NCBI GenBank assembly: GCA_963732115.1 | Contig: CAVSYN010000034.1 | Coordinates: 105,939 to 169,938 of the forward strand | Origin: an uncultured Bacteroidales bacterium | GTDB lineage: Bacteria; Bacteroidota; Bacteroidia; Bacteroidales; VadinHA17 | Reading direction: 5' to 3' | DNA: 64,000 nt | Notes under the pieces: model-generated | Databases searched by the model: none | Seen by the model: the letters and a program-made list of their open reading frames with translations, nothing else | Told to the model about the DNA's origin: nothing | Shown: positions 1 through 10,978 of the stretch, one piece after another | Numbering within the stretch: position 1 is the stretch's first letter | Layout: each line of letters starts with the position of its first letter | Program-made: the position numbers and the translations under genes

Positions 1-2
1 AT

Positions 3-2603
3 GCACAGGCTTCCGAAGTAACAGGCGAGGCTTTGCCGTCATCCGCAGCACCTGTTTATGAACTGGGGTTTACAAATAACGGAGAACCTTCGCCAAGAGC
101 ATGGATTGACTATGTTAAGCTCCATGCCCGTCGACACAATACTTTTGATGGTAATGCAATTCAATTTACGGATTTAAAGTCAGTTGCAACGGGGAATGTT
201 ACAGAATTCACAATAAAAGGCTCCATTGGCGATGCCCTGATCTGGGATGTTACAGATCCGTATGCTCCAGAAATAGTTCAGTTCACCAGGTCAGGGGAAA
301 CCATCACCTTTAAAGTCGGAAACCAACATACTAAGGACATTTATCGCTTTTGCCGGAACCAGGGTGAAAACACCGGTTATAAAACCGCAGGCCGTTCCAA
401 ACCAGGATATTCACGCATCAGAACCAGCTGATATGATTATCGTCAGCCATCCTTTGTTCAAAGCTTATGCAATCACAGCTTGCCGATACTCATATGAAAA
501 ACAGCGGACTTTTATCACTTGTGGTGACTCCGGAAGAGATTTATAATGAATTTTCGGGAGGTATACCTGATATCGCTGCAATCAGGAATTTCATAAGAAT
601 GAAGTATGTGCATCAAAAAAACACTTCTCATCCACTCAAATACCTGCTGCTATTCGGCGATGGTTCATTTGAAAATAAAACACCTCCTCCCGGTAATACG
701 GATTTCGTTCCAACTTATCAGTCGTTGAATTCAAATGTTATAATTTCATCGTTCACTTCAGACGATTTTTATGGGCTTGCTCGATGATGGTGAAGGAGAA
801 GATACAGGAAGTGAGGATATTGGTATCGGAAGGCTCCCTGTCTCAGATACCTCACAGGCTGCAGTTATTGTTTCCAAGATTAAAAGGTACATGGATCCAT
901 CCAATCAGGGCGACTGGAAAAATGTTGTATGCCTGGTTGCCGATGATGAAGATGGCAATACACATATGTCTGATGCTGAAGGTCTTGCCAGATATTATTG
1001 CAGAAAATGCACCCTGGGTTAATGTGGATAAGATCTATTTTGATGCATTTAAGCAGACCACATCATCGACGGGCCAGTTTTATCCTGATGTTACAAAGGC
1101 AATAAATCGACAGGATCAACTCAGGAGTCCTGATTTTCAATTATATCGGGCACGGAAATGAATCCAGTCTGGCACATGAGAGGGTGGTTACTTCCGAAAC
1201 TACCAATCTCTGGAAGAACAAATCAAAGCTTCCTCTGTTTATTACCGCAACCTGTGAATTCAGCCGGTTCGACGATATTAACATTAATAGCATTACAGGT
1301 GATATAACAGGCAAAAGCTCGTCAGGCGAAAAAATACTTCTTGATGAAGAAAGGTGGTGGCATTGCATTAATGTCAACTACCCGTCTTGTTTATTCTGCA
1401 CCCAATTATACTCTGAACAGGAATATTTTTGCTGTAGCATTTAACAGGGACTCTGAAGGCAAAGCTCTAAGGCTTGGTGACATCATCAGGATAGCTAAAA
1501 ACAGGTCAGGAAACAACACCAATAAAAGAAATTTCCTGCTTCTTGGCGATCCCGCATTGAGACTTGAATATCCCTGGCATGGAAATGTTGTCACCGATTC
1601 GATTAACAACGTAGCTGTCGGGGAAGGCACCGACAGTCTTAAAGCTCTTTCGGTGATCACAATTGCCGGTCATATTGAAAACCAGTCAGGCAGTATGGCT
1701 GTTGATTACAATGGAGTGGTTGCTCCTCTTGTATTCGGCAAACCGGCCAATATCCAAACCCTTGCAAATGACGGTGGTCAGAAGATGGAATTCAGTATCC
1801 AGAATAAGGTACTCTTCAGCGGCAAGGCTCTTGCAGAAAATGGAAGATTCAGATTCTCATTTGTTGTTCCAAGGGATATAGATTACACGTACGGAAACGG
1901 GAAGATAAGTTACTATGCATACAATAATGAAATTGACCTTAATGGCAGTTTTTCCGAGATTATTGCAGGCGGATTCAGCAATACAGGAAATTCCGATACA
2001 ATGGGTCCGGTTATAAGACTTTTCATAAATGATACCCTGTTCAGGAACGGAGGTATAACCGACAGTAATCCAAAACTCTTCGCAATTATTGAGGATAATG
2101 GAGGCATTAATATTGCCGGAGGGGGCATTGGGCATGACCTTTCCTGCTGGCTCGACAACGACCGGACAAACATCTTTCTTCTGAATGATTTCTATGAAAA
2201 CGATTTTGGCACATATGCCAGAGGAAGCGTACTCTATAGTTTTTCAGGTCTGAACCCAGGGACTCATTCACTTACATTGAAAGCCTGGGATAATAACAAT
2301 AATTCAACTGAAAAATCAATTGATTTTATGGTAGAAAATGACGGAAAGTTCATACTTAAGAACCTTCTAAATTTTCCTAATCCTTTCGCTGACAAGACAA
2401 AAATAAGTGCAGAGCATAACAGGCCTGATGAAATTTTTGAAATTACTGTTGAGATTTTCAGTATGAATGGCCGGATTATCAGGATTTTAAAAGAGTCCTC
2501 CCCATCATCAGGCTATCAGCTTTCTCCAATCGGATGGGATGGCAATGATTTAGACGGGAACAGGGCAGGCAGGGGAATGTATCCTTTACAGGTTCACGGT
2601 TAA
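3..2603 (+). CDS. porU: Type IX secretion sortase / C-terminal signal peptidase PorU (gingipain-like C25 fold); N-terminus cut by window edge; frame broken about six times
   Basis: ORF pieces 33-431, 364-546, 467-787, 771-1022, 784-1161, 1184-1444 and 1341-2603 read as one continuous protein. Motifs: LLFGDGSFENK, SDDFYGL, IGRLPV, VCLVADDEDGNTHM, LFITATCEFSRFDD, GGGIALMSTTRLVYSAPN, LLLGDPALRL. C-terminal FPNPF-type beta-sandwich tail. Followed directly by porV. Confidence 0.85.
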
Positions 2604-2688
2604 TACGAACAGTGGTGAAACTGCCTCATTATCAGGACGTATGATCATTTATTAACAGGCACACAATAAGTCACTAAAATATTTGTTT

Positions 2689-2696
2689 TATATTTG
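2689..2696 (+). promoter_or_regulatory. Candidate Bacteroidota -7 promoter box TATATTTG upstream of porV
   Basis: Matches the TAnnTTTG consensus, 30 nt upstream of the porV ATG at 2726. No clear -33 TTTG at the expected spacing. Confidence 0.35.
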
Positions 2697-2725
2697 CAAA
2701 TCTTAACTAAAAGACAATTAAAAGC

Positions 2726-3887
2726 ATGAAGAAAAAATCATTTGCTTTAATTCTGTTACTGATACTTTTTACCGGTTCAATAGAATTATTTTCGCAGGAA
2801 CTCAATGCTATTCAAACAGTGGTCCCCTTCCTGACCATAGCACCTGATTCAAGAGCTGGAGCAATGGGTGATGCAGGAGTGGCAACAACTCCCGATGTTT
2901 ACAGTCAGCACTGGAATCCCGCAAAATATGCATTTATTGACGGTAAAGCCGGAGTAGGAATTTCATATTCACCATGGTTAAGAAATCTGGTCCCTGATAT
3001 CAATATTGCTTATCTCACAGGATATTACAAGCTTGACAGCAAACAGGTTGTCAGCTCAAGTCTCTTGTATTCATCTCTTGGCGATGTGCCTTTTACGGAT
3101 GACTTTGGAAATCTTGAAAGAACGTTCAAACCCAATGAACTTGCATTTGATCTCGGTTATTCAAGGATTTTCGCTGAAAATTTCTCAGGAGGAATTGCAT
3201 TCAGGTTTATCTATTCAAACCTGACAGGGGGATCATATTCAGGAGGTGATGCCACAAAGCCAGGTATTTCATTTGCTGCAGATATTTCGGGATATTACAG
3301 AAAAGACATTAACACTTTTCAGCAAAGACGCCCAGCTTGGATTCGGACTAAATTTCTCAAACATTGGTTCAAAAATGAGTTATTCCGACGGGCAAACTTC
3401 AGATTTCATACCGATGAATATGCGTCTTGGATCTGCAGGTACGATCAATTTTGACAATTTCAACAAGCTCACTCTTACACTCGACTTCAACAAGCTGCTT
3501 GTTCCGACCCCGCCTATTTACAATACCGACGGAGAAATAGTTGACGGAAAAGATCCCAACGTTGGTGTTCCAGTTGCAATTTTCCAGTCATTTTATGATG
3601 CACCCGGAGGTTTCAAGGAAGAAATTCGTGAGATTACTACTTCAATTGGTGCAGAATACTGGTATAACAACCAGTTTGCCATAAGGACAGGATATTTTCA
3701 TGAAAACGCATCGAAAGGGAACAGGAAATATTTCACAGCCGGAGCAGGATTCAGGCTTAAGGGATTCACAATCGACTTTTCATACCTTATGCCGACAACT
3801 TCAAATCATCCTTTGGCCAGAACTCTTCGTTTCTCACTTGCATTCGATATTAACTCCCTGAAAAAGGCCGGCGTTTCTACCCAATGA
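2726..3887 (+). CDS. porV: T9SS outer-membrane shuttle protein PorV (LptO); one frame break near 3310
   Basis: Signal peptide [16 protein letters not shown]-terminal signature [39 protein letters not shown]. ORFs 2726-3454 and 3246-3887 join as ...[26 protein letters not shown]. Ends in beta-barrel-type strands ...LRFSLAFDI. Confidence 0.9.
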
Positions 3888-4362
3888 ACATCAGGGTAGG
3901 CCAGGGTATTGATTTCCACCGCCTTGAAAAAGGCCGCAAGCTGTGGCTGGGCGGAATCCGGATTCCTTCTGAACTTGGCTCTGTCGCATATTCCGACGGA
4001 GATGTTCTCTTGCATGCTGTCTGCGATGCATTGCTTGGAGCAGCTGGGCTTGCAGGATATCGGCCACCAGTTTCCTGATTCGGATCCGGAGTTCAGGAAT
4101 ATTGATAGCAAGGTACTTCTGAAAAGGACATTTGACCTGGTAAAGGAAAAAGGATACGGTGTTGGTTAATATCGACAGCACCATTTGTCTCGAAAAGCCG
4201 AAAATATCTCTTTACTCGGAGGAGATGAAAAAAACAATTTCAGACATCCTGGAAACACATCCGGAGAATATTTCGATCAAAGCAACCACTACTGAAAAGC
4301 TTGGCTTCATCGGCAGGGAAGAAGGGATTGCTGCAATGGCAGTTGTACTCCTTACGAGATAA
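3884..4362 (+). CDS. ispF: 2-C-methyl-D-erythritol 2,4-cyclodiphosphate synthase; two frame breaks
   Basis: [14 protein letters not shown]...GGIRIP...[21 protein letters not shown], then [22 protein letters not shown], then [13 protein letters not shown]...[19 protein letters not shown], spread over ORFs 3884-4078, 3909-4169 and 4159-4362. Confidence 0.9.
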
Positions 4363-6365
4363 AAGCTTCATCGATGACGTTATCGTCCGCAATATAAGGC
4401 ATAGTTACCATTAACCCGGGAGTTTTCCTCATTTCCCGTTCAATAGTGAGCATTGCTCCCTTGTTTCTTGCCCAGCTCCTTCTGGCTATGCCATTGTTTA
4501 CGTCCCAGTAGAGCATCATCTCCAATTTTCGTTCAGTTTCTTCTGTTCCGTCAAGCACCATCCCGAAACCACCGTTGATTACTTCTCCCCATCCAACTCC
4601 ACCTCCGTTATGCAACGAGACCCAGGTAGCTCCGCGGAATGAGTCACCTATGACATTCTGTACGGCCATATCAGCCGTGAATCTCGACCCGTCGTAGATA
4701 TTCGATGTCTCCCTGTAAGGAGAATCAGTATCCTGAAACGTCGTGATGATCCCTGCCTATAACTATCGGAGCAGAAATGATCCCACGTCTGACAGCAAGG
4801 TTGAATTCCCTTGCAATCTCAATTCTACCTTCGGCATCGGCGTATAGTATCCTGGCCTGTGATCCCACAACCAGCTTATTTTTCGCAGCCTCCTTGATCC
4901 AAAGAATGTTATCAGCCAATTGTTGTTTTATTTCGAAGGTGCGTTCACATTGATGTATTCGAGAGTGTCTGCAGCGATTTTGTCTGTTTTTCAAGATCAG
5001 CCGGATTGTTGGAACAACAAACCCACCTGAAAGGACCAAATCCGTAATCGAAGTATATCGGTCCCATGATATCCTGAACATAGGATGGGTATCTGAATTC
5101 TCCCGTGGAATCTACAATATCGGCCCCAGCCCTTGAAGCCTCCAGAAGGAATGCATTGCCGTAGTCAAAGAAATATGTTCCCGTTTCAGAATGCCGGTTT
5201 ATTGCTTTTACCTGCCTTCTTCAGCGATTCCCTTACAAGTATTTTGAACTTCTCAGGATCAGACGAGATCAGCCTGTTCGATTCCTCGAATGCAAGTTCC
5301 TGCAGGGTAATAACCTCCTGCCCATGGATTATGCAGGGAGGTCTGGTCAGATCCGATATCAACAAATATATTTTCATCCGCTAACCGCTCCCATACGTCC
5401 ACTATGTTGCCCAGGTAACCAAGGGAAATGATGGCATTTTCTTTTTTAGCCTCTTTAACACGGGAGACCAGCTTGTCCAAATCATCAACTACCTCATCCA
5501 ACCATCCCTGGGAAAAGCGTATTTTAACAGCCTTCGGGTTAACCTCTGCAATTACTGAAATTACACCTGCAATTTTTGCCGCTTTTGGTTGGGCTCCCGA
5601 CATCCCCCCAAGACCGGACGACACAAACAGCTTAAGGCCTGATGATGGCTTCTTTCGGGAGATTATCCTGTTTGCATTAAGTATGGTAATAGTAGTGCCG
5701 TGTACAATTCCCTGCGGGCCGATATACATGTACGAACCTGCTGTCATTTGCCCGTATTGTGACACACCCATGGCATTGAATATTTCCCAGTGATCCTGCG
5801 AGGAATAGTTGGGGATCACCATGCCGTTTGTTACGACAAGCCTCGGAGCATCTTTGTGTGAAGGGAAAAGGCCAAGGGGATGCCCTGAATATATTACAAG
5901 TGTTTGTTCATCTGTCATTTCTGAGAGGTACTTCATTGTGATCAGGTATTGAGCCCAGTTCTGAAATACAGCTCCGTTACCTCCGTAAGTGATAAGCTCA
6001 TGAGGATGCTGTGCTACCGTCTGATCGAGGTTATTTGAGATCATAAGCATAATTGCTGCAGCGTTCTTTGATTTGTATGGGAAATCATCAATATGCTGCG
6101 CCTTGATCTCATAATCAGGCCTGAACCTGTACATATAAATCCTTCCATAGTCAGCAAGTTCCTTTGCAAATTCCTGCACGAGAATCTTATGATGACGAAC
6201 CGGAAAATACCTAAGTGCATTTTTCACCGCGAGCTTCTTTTGCTCTTTTGTCAGCAAATCCTTTCTTTTTGGTGCATGGTTAATGTTCTGGTCATAGGGT
6301 TTCGGTTCGGGAAGTTTTATCGGAATTCCCTCAGAGATCAATGTTTTAAAATCGTAATCGGTCAT
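4352..6365 (-). CDS. hutU: Urocanate hydratase (long Bacteroidota type); at least four frame breaks
   Basis: Pieces 5259-6365, 5186-5377, 4725-5081 and 4352-4669, plus an unlisted piece around 4960-5210. Motifs: GNGAVFQNWAQY, MTAGSYMYIGPQGIVHGT, GLGGMSGAQPKAAKIAG, IGRDHHDVSG, TDSPYRETSNIYDGSRFTADMAVQNVIGDSFRGATWVSLHNGGGVGWG. Confidence 0.9.
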
Positions 6366-6404
6366 TTGCAGTATGATTTGTTTTAATGTAAAGGTAGGGA
6401 TTTA

Positions 6405-6440
6405 ACAAAAAAGCCACTCCTGTCGGGAGTGGCTTTTTAA
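6405..6440 (-). terminator. Rho-independent terminator (usable in both directions) after the zinc-ribbon gene
   Basis: Stem gccactcc (6413-6420), loop tgtc, stem gggagtggc (6425-6433). Flanked by an A-run on the left and a T-run on the right. Confidence 0.7.
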
Positions 6441-6458
6441 TATCCATGAATTTTGATT

Positions 6459-7225
6459 CTACAAATGACTTTCACTTATGATCTCATCATCCACAAGTAT
6501 GCGTCCGCAATACTCACAGACAATAATTTTCTTTCTCGACTTTAATGTCCAGCTGTCTCTGAGGCGGGATCTGATTAAAGCATCCTCCGCAGGCATCACG
6601 CTGAACCGGTACAACGGCCAGTCCGTTTCTTGCATTTGATCTTATCCTTTTGTATGCCGTTAGCAACCTTTCTTCAATTACTGCCTGAATTTTCTCTGAT
6701 TTCTTGTACAAGTCCTTCTTCTTCCTTCTGTGTATCGGAAATGATCTCATCGAGTTCTTTCTTTTTATTGTCGAGATCTGCCTTGCGGTCAACAAGAGTG
6801 GCTTCTGAGTCAGCAATAACAAGTTTCTTTTCTTCTATCTGAGCATTGAACTCCTTAATCTTTTTGTTGAACAGTTCAATCTCAAGGTTCTGATATTCAA
6901 TTTCTTTTGAAAGTGAATCAAATTCGCGGTTATTTCTTACATTCTTCTGTTGATCCTCGTATTTCTTTATAAGAGCTTCAGCCTCGGTTATTTCATTATT
7001 TTTCTTCGCAACTGACTTATCAAGATTCACGACCTCTTCCCTGAGGTTTCCAAGCCTGGTTTCAAGTCCGGCTATTTCATCCTCCAGGTCCTGAACTTCA
7101 AGTGGAAGTTCCCCTCGGAGTGTTTTAATCTTATCTATTTCTGAATCAACTAACTGCAGACTATATAAAGCTCTAAGCCTATCTTCAACTGAAATTTCAG
7201 CTTCTTTTGTTTTGACTTTTTCCAT
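6459..7225 (-). CDS. Coiled-coil protein with C4 zinc ribbon (COG1579-like partner of Nif3); two frame breaks
   Basis: Long heptad-rich N-terminal part (ORF 6674-7225). C-terminal CGGCFNQIPPQ and a second Cys pair ...IVCEYCGRILV... recovered in other frames (6514-6822 and 6459-6530). Sits directly downstream of Nif3, the usual conserved pairing. Confidence 0.7.
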
Positions 7226-7228
7226 GTT

Positions 7229-8324
7229 TCACAGATAATTTATCGGATTGGTATTAGTTTTTGAAAACCGGACTGCAAAGTTAGGAAATTTTTTAATAAT
7301 GAGATCATATAATATTTCAGTCGAAAACTTTTCTGTCTCAAAATGACCACAATCAACAAGCAGTATCCGGTTTTCAGCTTCAAAGAAATTATGATACTTA
7401 ATATCGCCTGTGACAAATGCATCTGCTTTGCTGCTAATAGCCTCATTTAATAGGGAAACTCCTGAGCCACCGCAGAGTGCAACCTTTCTGATCATCGTGT
7501 TCCTTAACTTTGAATAACGGATCCCTCCTGCTCCGAAAACATCAGAGACCATATGAAGAAAATCAGTCTCACTTACCTGATTGTTTAACTCTGCTATACA
7601 ACCCAAACCAATGTTAATATTATCATTTTCAAGCATATATATATCATAGGCAACCTCCTCATACGGGTGGGTTTCAAGCAAAGCCTTTATTACCTTGTCT
7701 TTTAAGATGCGAAAAGAGAATAGTTTCAAACCTTGCTTCCTTTTCGAAATGCAGTTTCCCCTTTTCACCTACAAATGGATTTGTTTCCGCTCCTCCCCTG
7801 AAACTACCAGTACCTTCAACAGAGAACGCGCAATTATCGTAATTACCTATAACTCCGGCTCCTGCATTGAAAACCGCATCACGAACCTTGTCGAGGTGAT
7901 CTACCGGAACAAATGTAACCAGCTTAAGCAGCTTGTTTTTTAATGGTGACAGGACATTTATATTCATAAGGCCAAGTTTCTTGGCCATCTTTTTGCTCAC
8001 ACCTTCACCTGACATATCAAGATTGGTGTGCGACGTATAAATGCTTATATCGTGTTTTATCGCTTTGATTATTATCCTCCCCGTATAGGATTGCCCTGAA
8101 ATCTTTTTTATCGGACTGAAAATTACCGGATGATGTGAAATTATCATATCGCATCCCTCCCGAATTGCTTCATCAATTACTTCTTCGGTAACGTCGAGGG
8201 TGACCATTGCTGAAGTTATTTCTTTTTCTGGCTGGCCAACCTGAAGTCCGGAGTTGTCGTAACCTTCCTGAAAGGACAGGGGTACTGCTGAATCGAGGTA
8301 GGAACAAATTTCTGTTAATTTCAT
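7229..8324 (-). CDS. Nif3-like dinuclear metal centre protein (YqfO/GTP cyclohydrolase 1 type 2 family); one frame break near 7700
   Basis: MKLTEICSYLDS..PLSFQEGYDNSGLQVG, DMIISHHPVIF, IYTSHTNLD. PII-like insert. C-terminal AFVTGDIKYH and LVDCGHFETE. ORFs 7674-8324 and 7229-7768. Confidence 0.85.
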
Positions 8325-8441
8325 TGTATGGATTCTCTCTGTGGTTCATGCCCCTAAATCTCCTGGCTTGCTCATCCGAAACGGAAACGCGAAGGCGAAG
8401 AACGGGACTTCATAAATACCCCTTTGGGGGGTTGGGGGCAA

Positions 8442-8777
8442 TTATATATTATCTCTTAGGTCGATGAGAAGTGTTTTGATCTTCTTAAGCGAGTCAGCTA
8501 TTTCAAATTTATGATCAGCCTCATCCCATTTTCCTGATATTTTCTTCTTCACTCCAGCCAGGGTCAGTCCCTCTTCTTTTAAAAGGCGCTGAATAATCAT
8601 CAGGTTTTTCAGATCGGTAGCAGTAAACAACCTGTTCCCCTTCTTATTTTTCATTGGTTTCAGGATGTCAAACTCATTCTCCCAGAATCTGACAGTAGAG
8701 ACCGGTAAATCGAGCATCCCCGAAACTTCCCCTATTGAATAATATAGTTTTTCGATTTTCTTTTCCTTATAGGGCAT
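8442..8777 (-). CDS. MerR family transcriptional regulator
   Basis: Helix-turn-helix YYSIGEVSGMLDLPVSTVRFWENEFDILKP..NKKGNRLFT..DLKNL. Confidence 0.8.
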   Translation of the reverse strand: MPYKEKKIEKLYYSIGEVSGMLDLPVSTVRFWENEFDILKPMKNKKGNRLFTATDLKNLMIIQRLLKEEGLTLAGVKKKISGKWDEADHKFEIADSLKKIKTLLIDLRDNI

Positions 8778-8852
8778 CTTAGCTGTTCATATTGTTATTA
8801 GATCAATCCTTTTAAAAGCAATGTGTTATCTTAATTATAACGCGCAGAGATA

Positions 8853-9824
8853 TTAATCGAATGACTGTCCTGTCTTAGAGGCAACCTCAATCATGGCCTC
8901 ATATTCTGCAGCTGTCAGATCGTTAAAGAAGTAATTAACTGGATCAACATTTACATTGTTAAGCTTGATCTCATAATGCAAATGAGGAGCTACCGACATG
9001 CCCGTATTCCCCACAAAACCAATTACATCGCCCCTGTGCACCTTCTGGCCGGCTCTAACGTTGAATCCGTCGAGATGAGCATAAACTGACGAATAACCAA
9101 ATCCGTGATTGATAACTATATAGTTGCCCATGCCTCTCTTGGAGGAGAGCATTGATTCAATAGTTCCGTCACCGGAGGCATAAATCTCAGTTCCAAGCGG
9201 TGCTGTAAAATCCATTCCGGCATGAAACTTACTGATCTTGTAAACCGGATGGATCCTTAATCCGAATCCTGATGCAATCCGTGTAAGATCTTTTGTTGAA
9301 ATAGGAATTATTGCGGGAATTGATCTTAGCATCTCTTCTTTTTCCCTGGCAAGCATTATCAGTTCGTCGAATGATTTTGACTGAACATAAACCTGTTTCC
9401 TGATTTCATCAAGCTTCTTTTCAGTTTCCACAACTATCTTCGAATTGCTGTAACCTTCGAGTTCTGTAAATCTGTTAACTCCTCCTACACCACCCTGTCT
9501 TTGACTTGACTGAACCGGTTCGGCCCCGAAGATCGTCCTGTAGAGATTATCATCAGTCTCCTGAAGATGTTGTATGACCTTTTCAAGGTTGCCCATCTCC
9601 CTGTGCACCAGGTCGTACTGAAGAGTCATTTGTGCAATTTCACGTTTCAGAGCTTTTTCCTTGGGAGTATCAAAAAAAACTCCGTAAAGAAAATTAAGAA
9701 TGATGCCAATTATAATGGTTGCAACAACGTATGCCAGCGTCCTGAGTAGTATTGCTTTAGCCCCCAGGCGTATCTTATCAAAGCTCAGTGATTCAGGGTT
9801 AAACTTGTACTTAGGTTTTGCCAT
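8853..9824 (-). CDS. M23 family metallopeptidase (membrane-anchored, coiled-coil linker)
   Basis: N-terminal TM segment. HPV....H.GMDF, GNYIVINHGFGYSSVYAHL, GNTGMSVAPHLHYEI. Confidence 0.85.
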   Translation of the reverse strand: MAKPKYKFNPESLSFDKIRLGAKAILLRTLAYVVATIIIGIILNFLYGVFFDTPKEKALKREIAQMTLQYDLVHREMGNLEKVIQHLQETDDNLYRTIFGAEPVQSSQRQGGVGGVNRFTELEGYSNSKIVVETEKKLDEIRKQVYVQSKSFDELIMLAREKEEMLRSIPAIIPISTKDLTRIASGFGLRIHPVYKISKFHAGMDFTAPLGTEIYASGDGTIESMLSSKRGMGNYIVINHGFGYSSVYAHLDGFNVRAGQKVHRGDVIGFVGNTGMSVAPHLHYEIKLNNVNVDPVNYFFNDLTAAEYEAMIEVASKTGQSFD

Positions 9825-9922
9825 GATCCAACAAAGATAAATATTTCATCAAATAAATATTAAGGAAAACCGCCTGATGTAATGGATCAGGGACCAGAAT
9901 CATGGAATAACGTTAAAGAGGA

Positions 9923-10885
9923 TTATCTGAACTTGGATTGGGCAGTGAGTGTTTGAATCATCTCAAAATACTCATTTTCAGTCAGATCATTGTTGAAATA
10001 GTAAAGGGGATTTTTATGATGCCCATAAAGGTCGATCTGGTAATGGAGATGAGGCCCTGAAGAAGTACCGGTGCTCCCTGTGAGGCCGATCAGGTCGCCG
10101 CGCTTGACGTTTAATCCAACTGTAACCTTAATATTGCTCAGGTGTCCGTATGTTGACCTGTATCCATATCCGTGGTCAATAACGATGCAGTTTCCGAATC
10201 CTCCGTTCCAGCCAGCCTCAATCACTTTACCTGATCCTGTTGCAAAAACCTCAGTGCCATATGGAGTGGCGAAGTCCTGGCCATGATGCCATTGTGGAGT
10301 TCCGAAGACCGGATGCACTTCCCTGAATTTCATTCCGTCACCCAACCGGTAGATCACATTAACAGGGCTTATCATCGGAAGGTATTCCATTTCACGCTTC
10401 CATTCATTTTTACGTTCCTCTATTGCATTGAATGACTGGTATTGAATTGTCGTCCTGCTCTTTATCTCTTCGACCCTTTTATGGAACGAAATCATAAGAG
10501 GTGAATTGTCATAGCCTTCAAGCTCTTCGAATTTATTCACACCACCGGATCCCATCTTCCTGACTGAAACAGGAATTGTATCCATATCCAGAACCGACCT
10601 GTAACGGTTCCCGTCAGAAAGCTGAAGATCATTCAGTACCTTCATTGAATTTTCGATCTGCCTTCCGAGGAGCGAATAGTGAAGTTTCATATTCTCGATC
10701 TCCTGGCTTAATACCTTTTCTTTCGGTGAGCCAACAATTGTATCTGAAAGTGAATTATAAAGACATGCAACTATCACTGAAGCCGTAATCCACATCAAAG
10801 CCTGTCCAAGTTTGCTTTTCCATGGCAATCTTACTCTTTTGTACTGCAAGTCTGAAAGATCAAGAAAGTATTTCCGGTGAGGCAT
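9923..10885 (-). CDS. M23 family metallopeptidase (tandem paralog of 8853-9824)
   Basis: Same architecture as its neighbour. HHGQDFATPYGTEV, GNCIVIDHGYGYRSTYGHL, GSTGTSSGPHLHYQI. Confidence 0.85.
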   Translation of the reverse strand: MPHRKYFLDLSDLQYKRVRLPWKSKLGQALMWITASVIVACLYNSLSDTIVGSPKEKVLSQEIENMKLHYSLLGRQIENSMKVLNDLQLSDGNRYRSVLDMDTIPVSVRKMGSGGVNKFEELEGYDNSPLMISFHKRVEEIKSRTTIQYQSFNAIEERKNEWKREMEYLPMISPVNVIYRLGDGMKFREVHPVFGTPQWHHGQDFATPYGTEVFATGSGKVIEAGWNGGFGNCIVIDHGYGYRSTYGHLSNIKVTVGLNVKRGDLIGLTGSTGTSSGPHLHYQIDLYGHHKNPLYYFNNDLTENEYFEMIQTLTAQSKFR

Positions 10886-10978
10886 CAGAGGTTCAGGTTT
10901 TTTTTATAGTGTGACCAAACTTAAAACAAATAAATTAATTTTACAAACTGTATTTTCAGCCAGTTATTGTGTATAAAC

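Noticed and set aside
1-8324. Reading the many broken genes (porU, porV, ispF, hutU, nif3 and others) as true pseudogenes or a decaying region.
   Set aside because: The fragments retain uninterrupted, well-conserved sequence in the shifted frames, without internal stops, deletions or motif loss. Essential genes are affected. Indel error is the simpler explanation, but it cannot be proven without reads.
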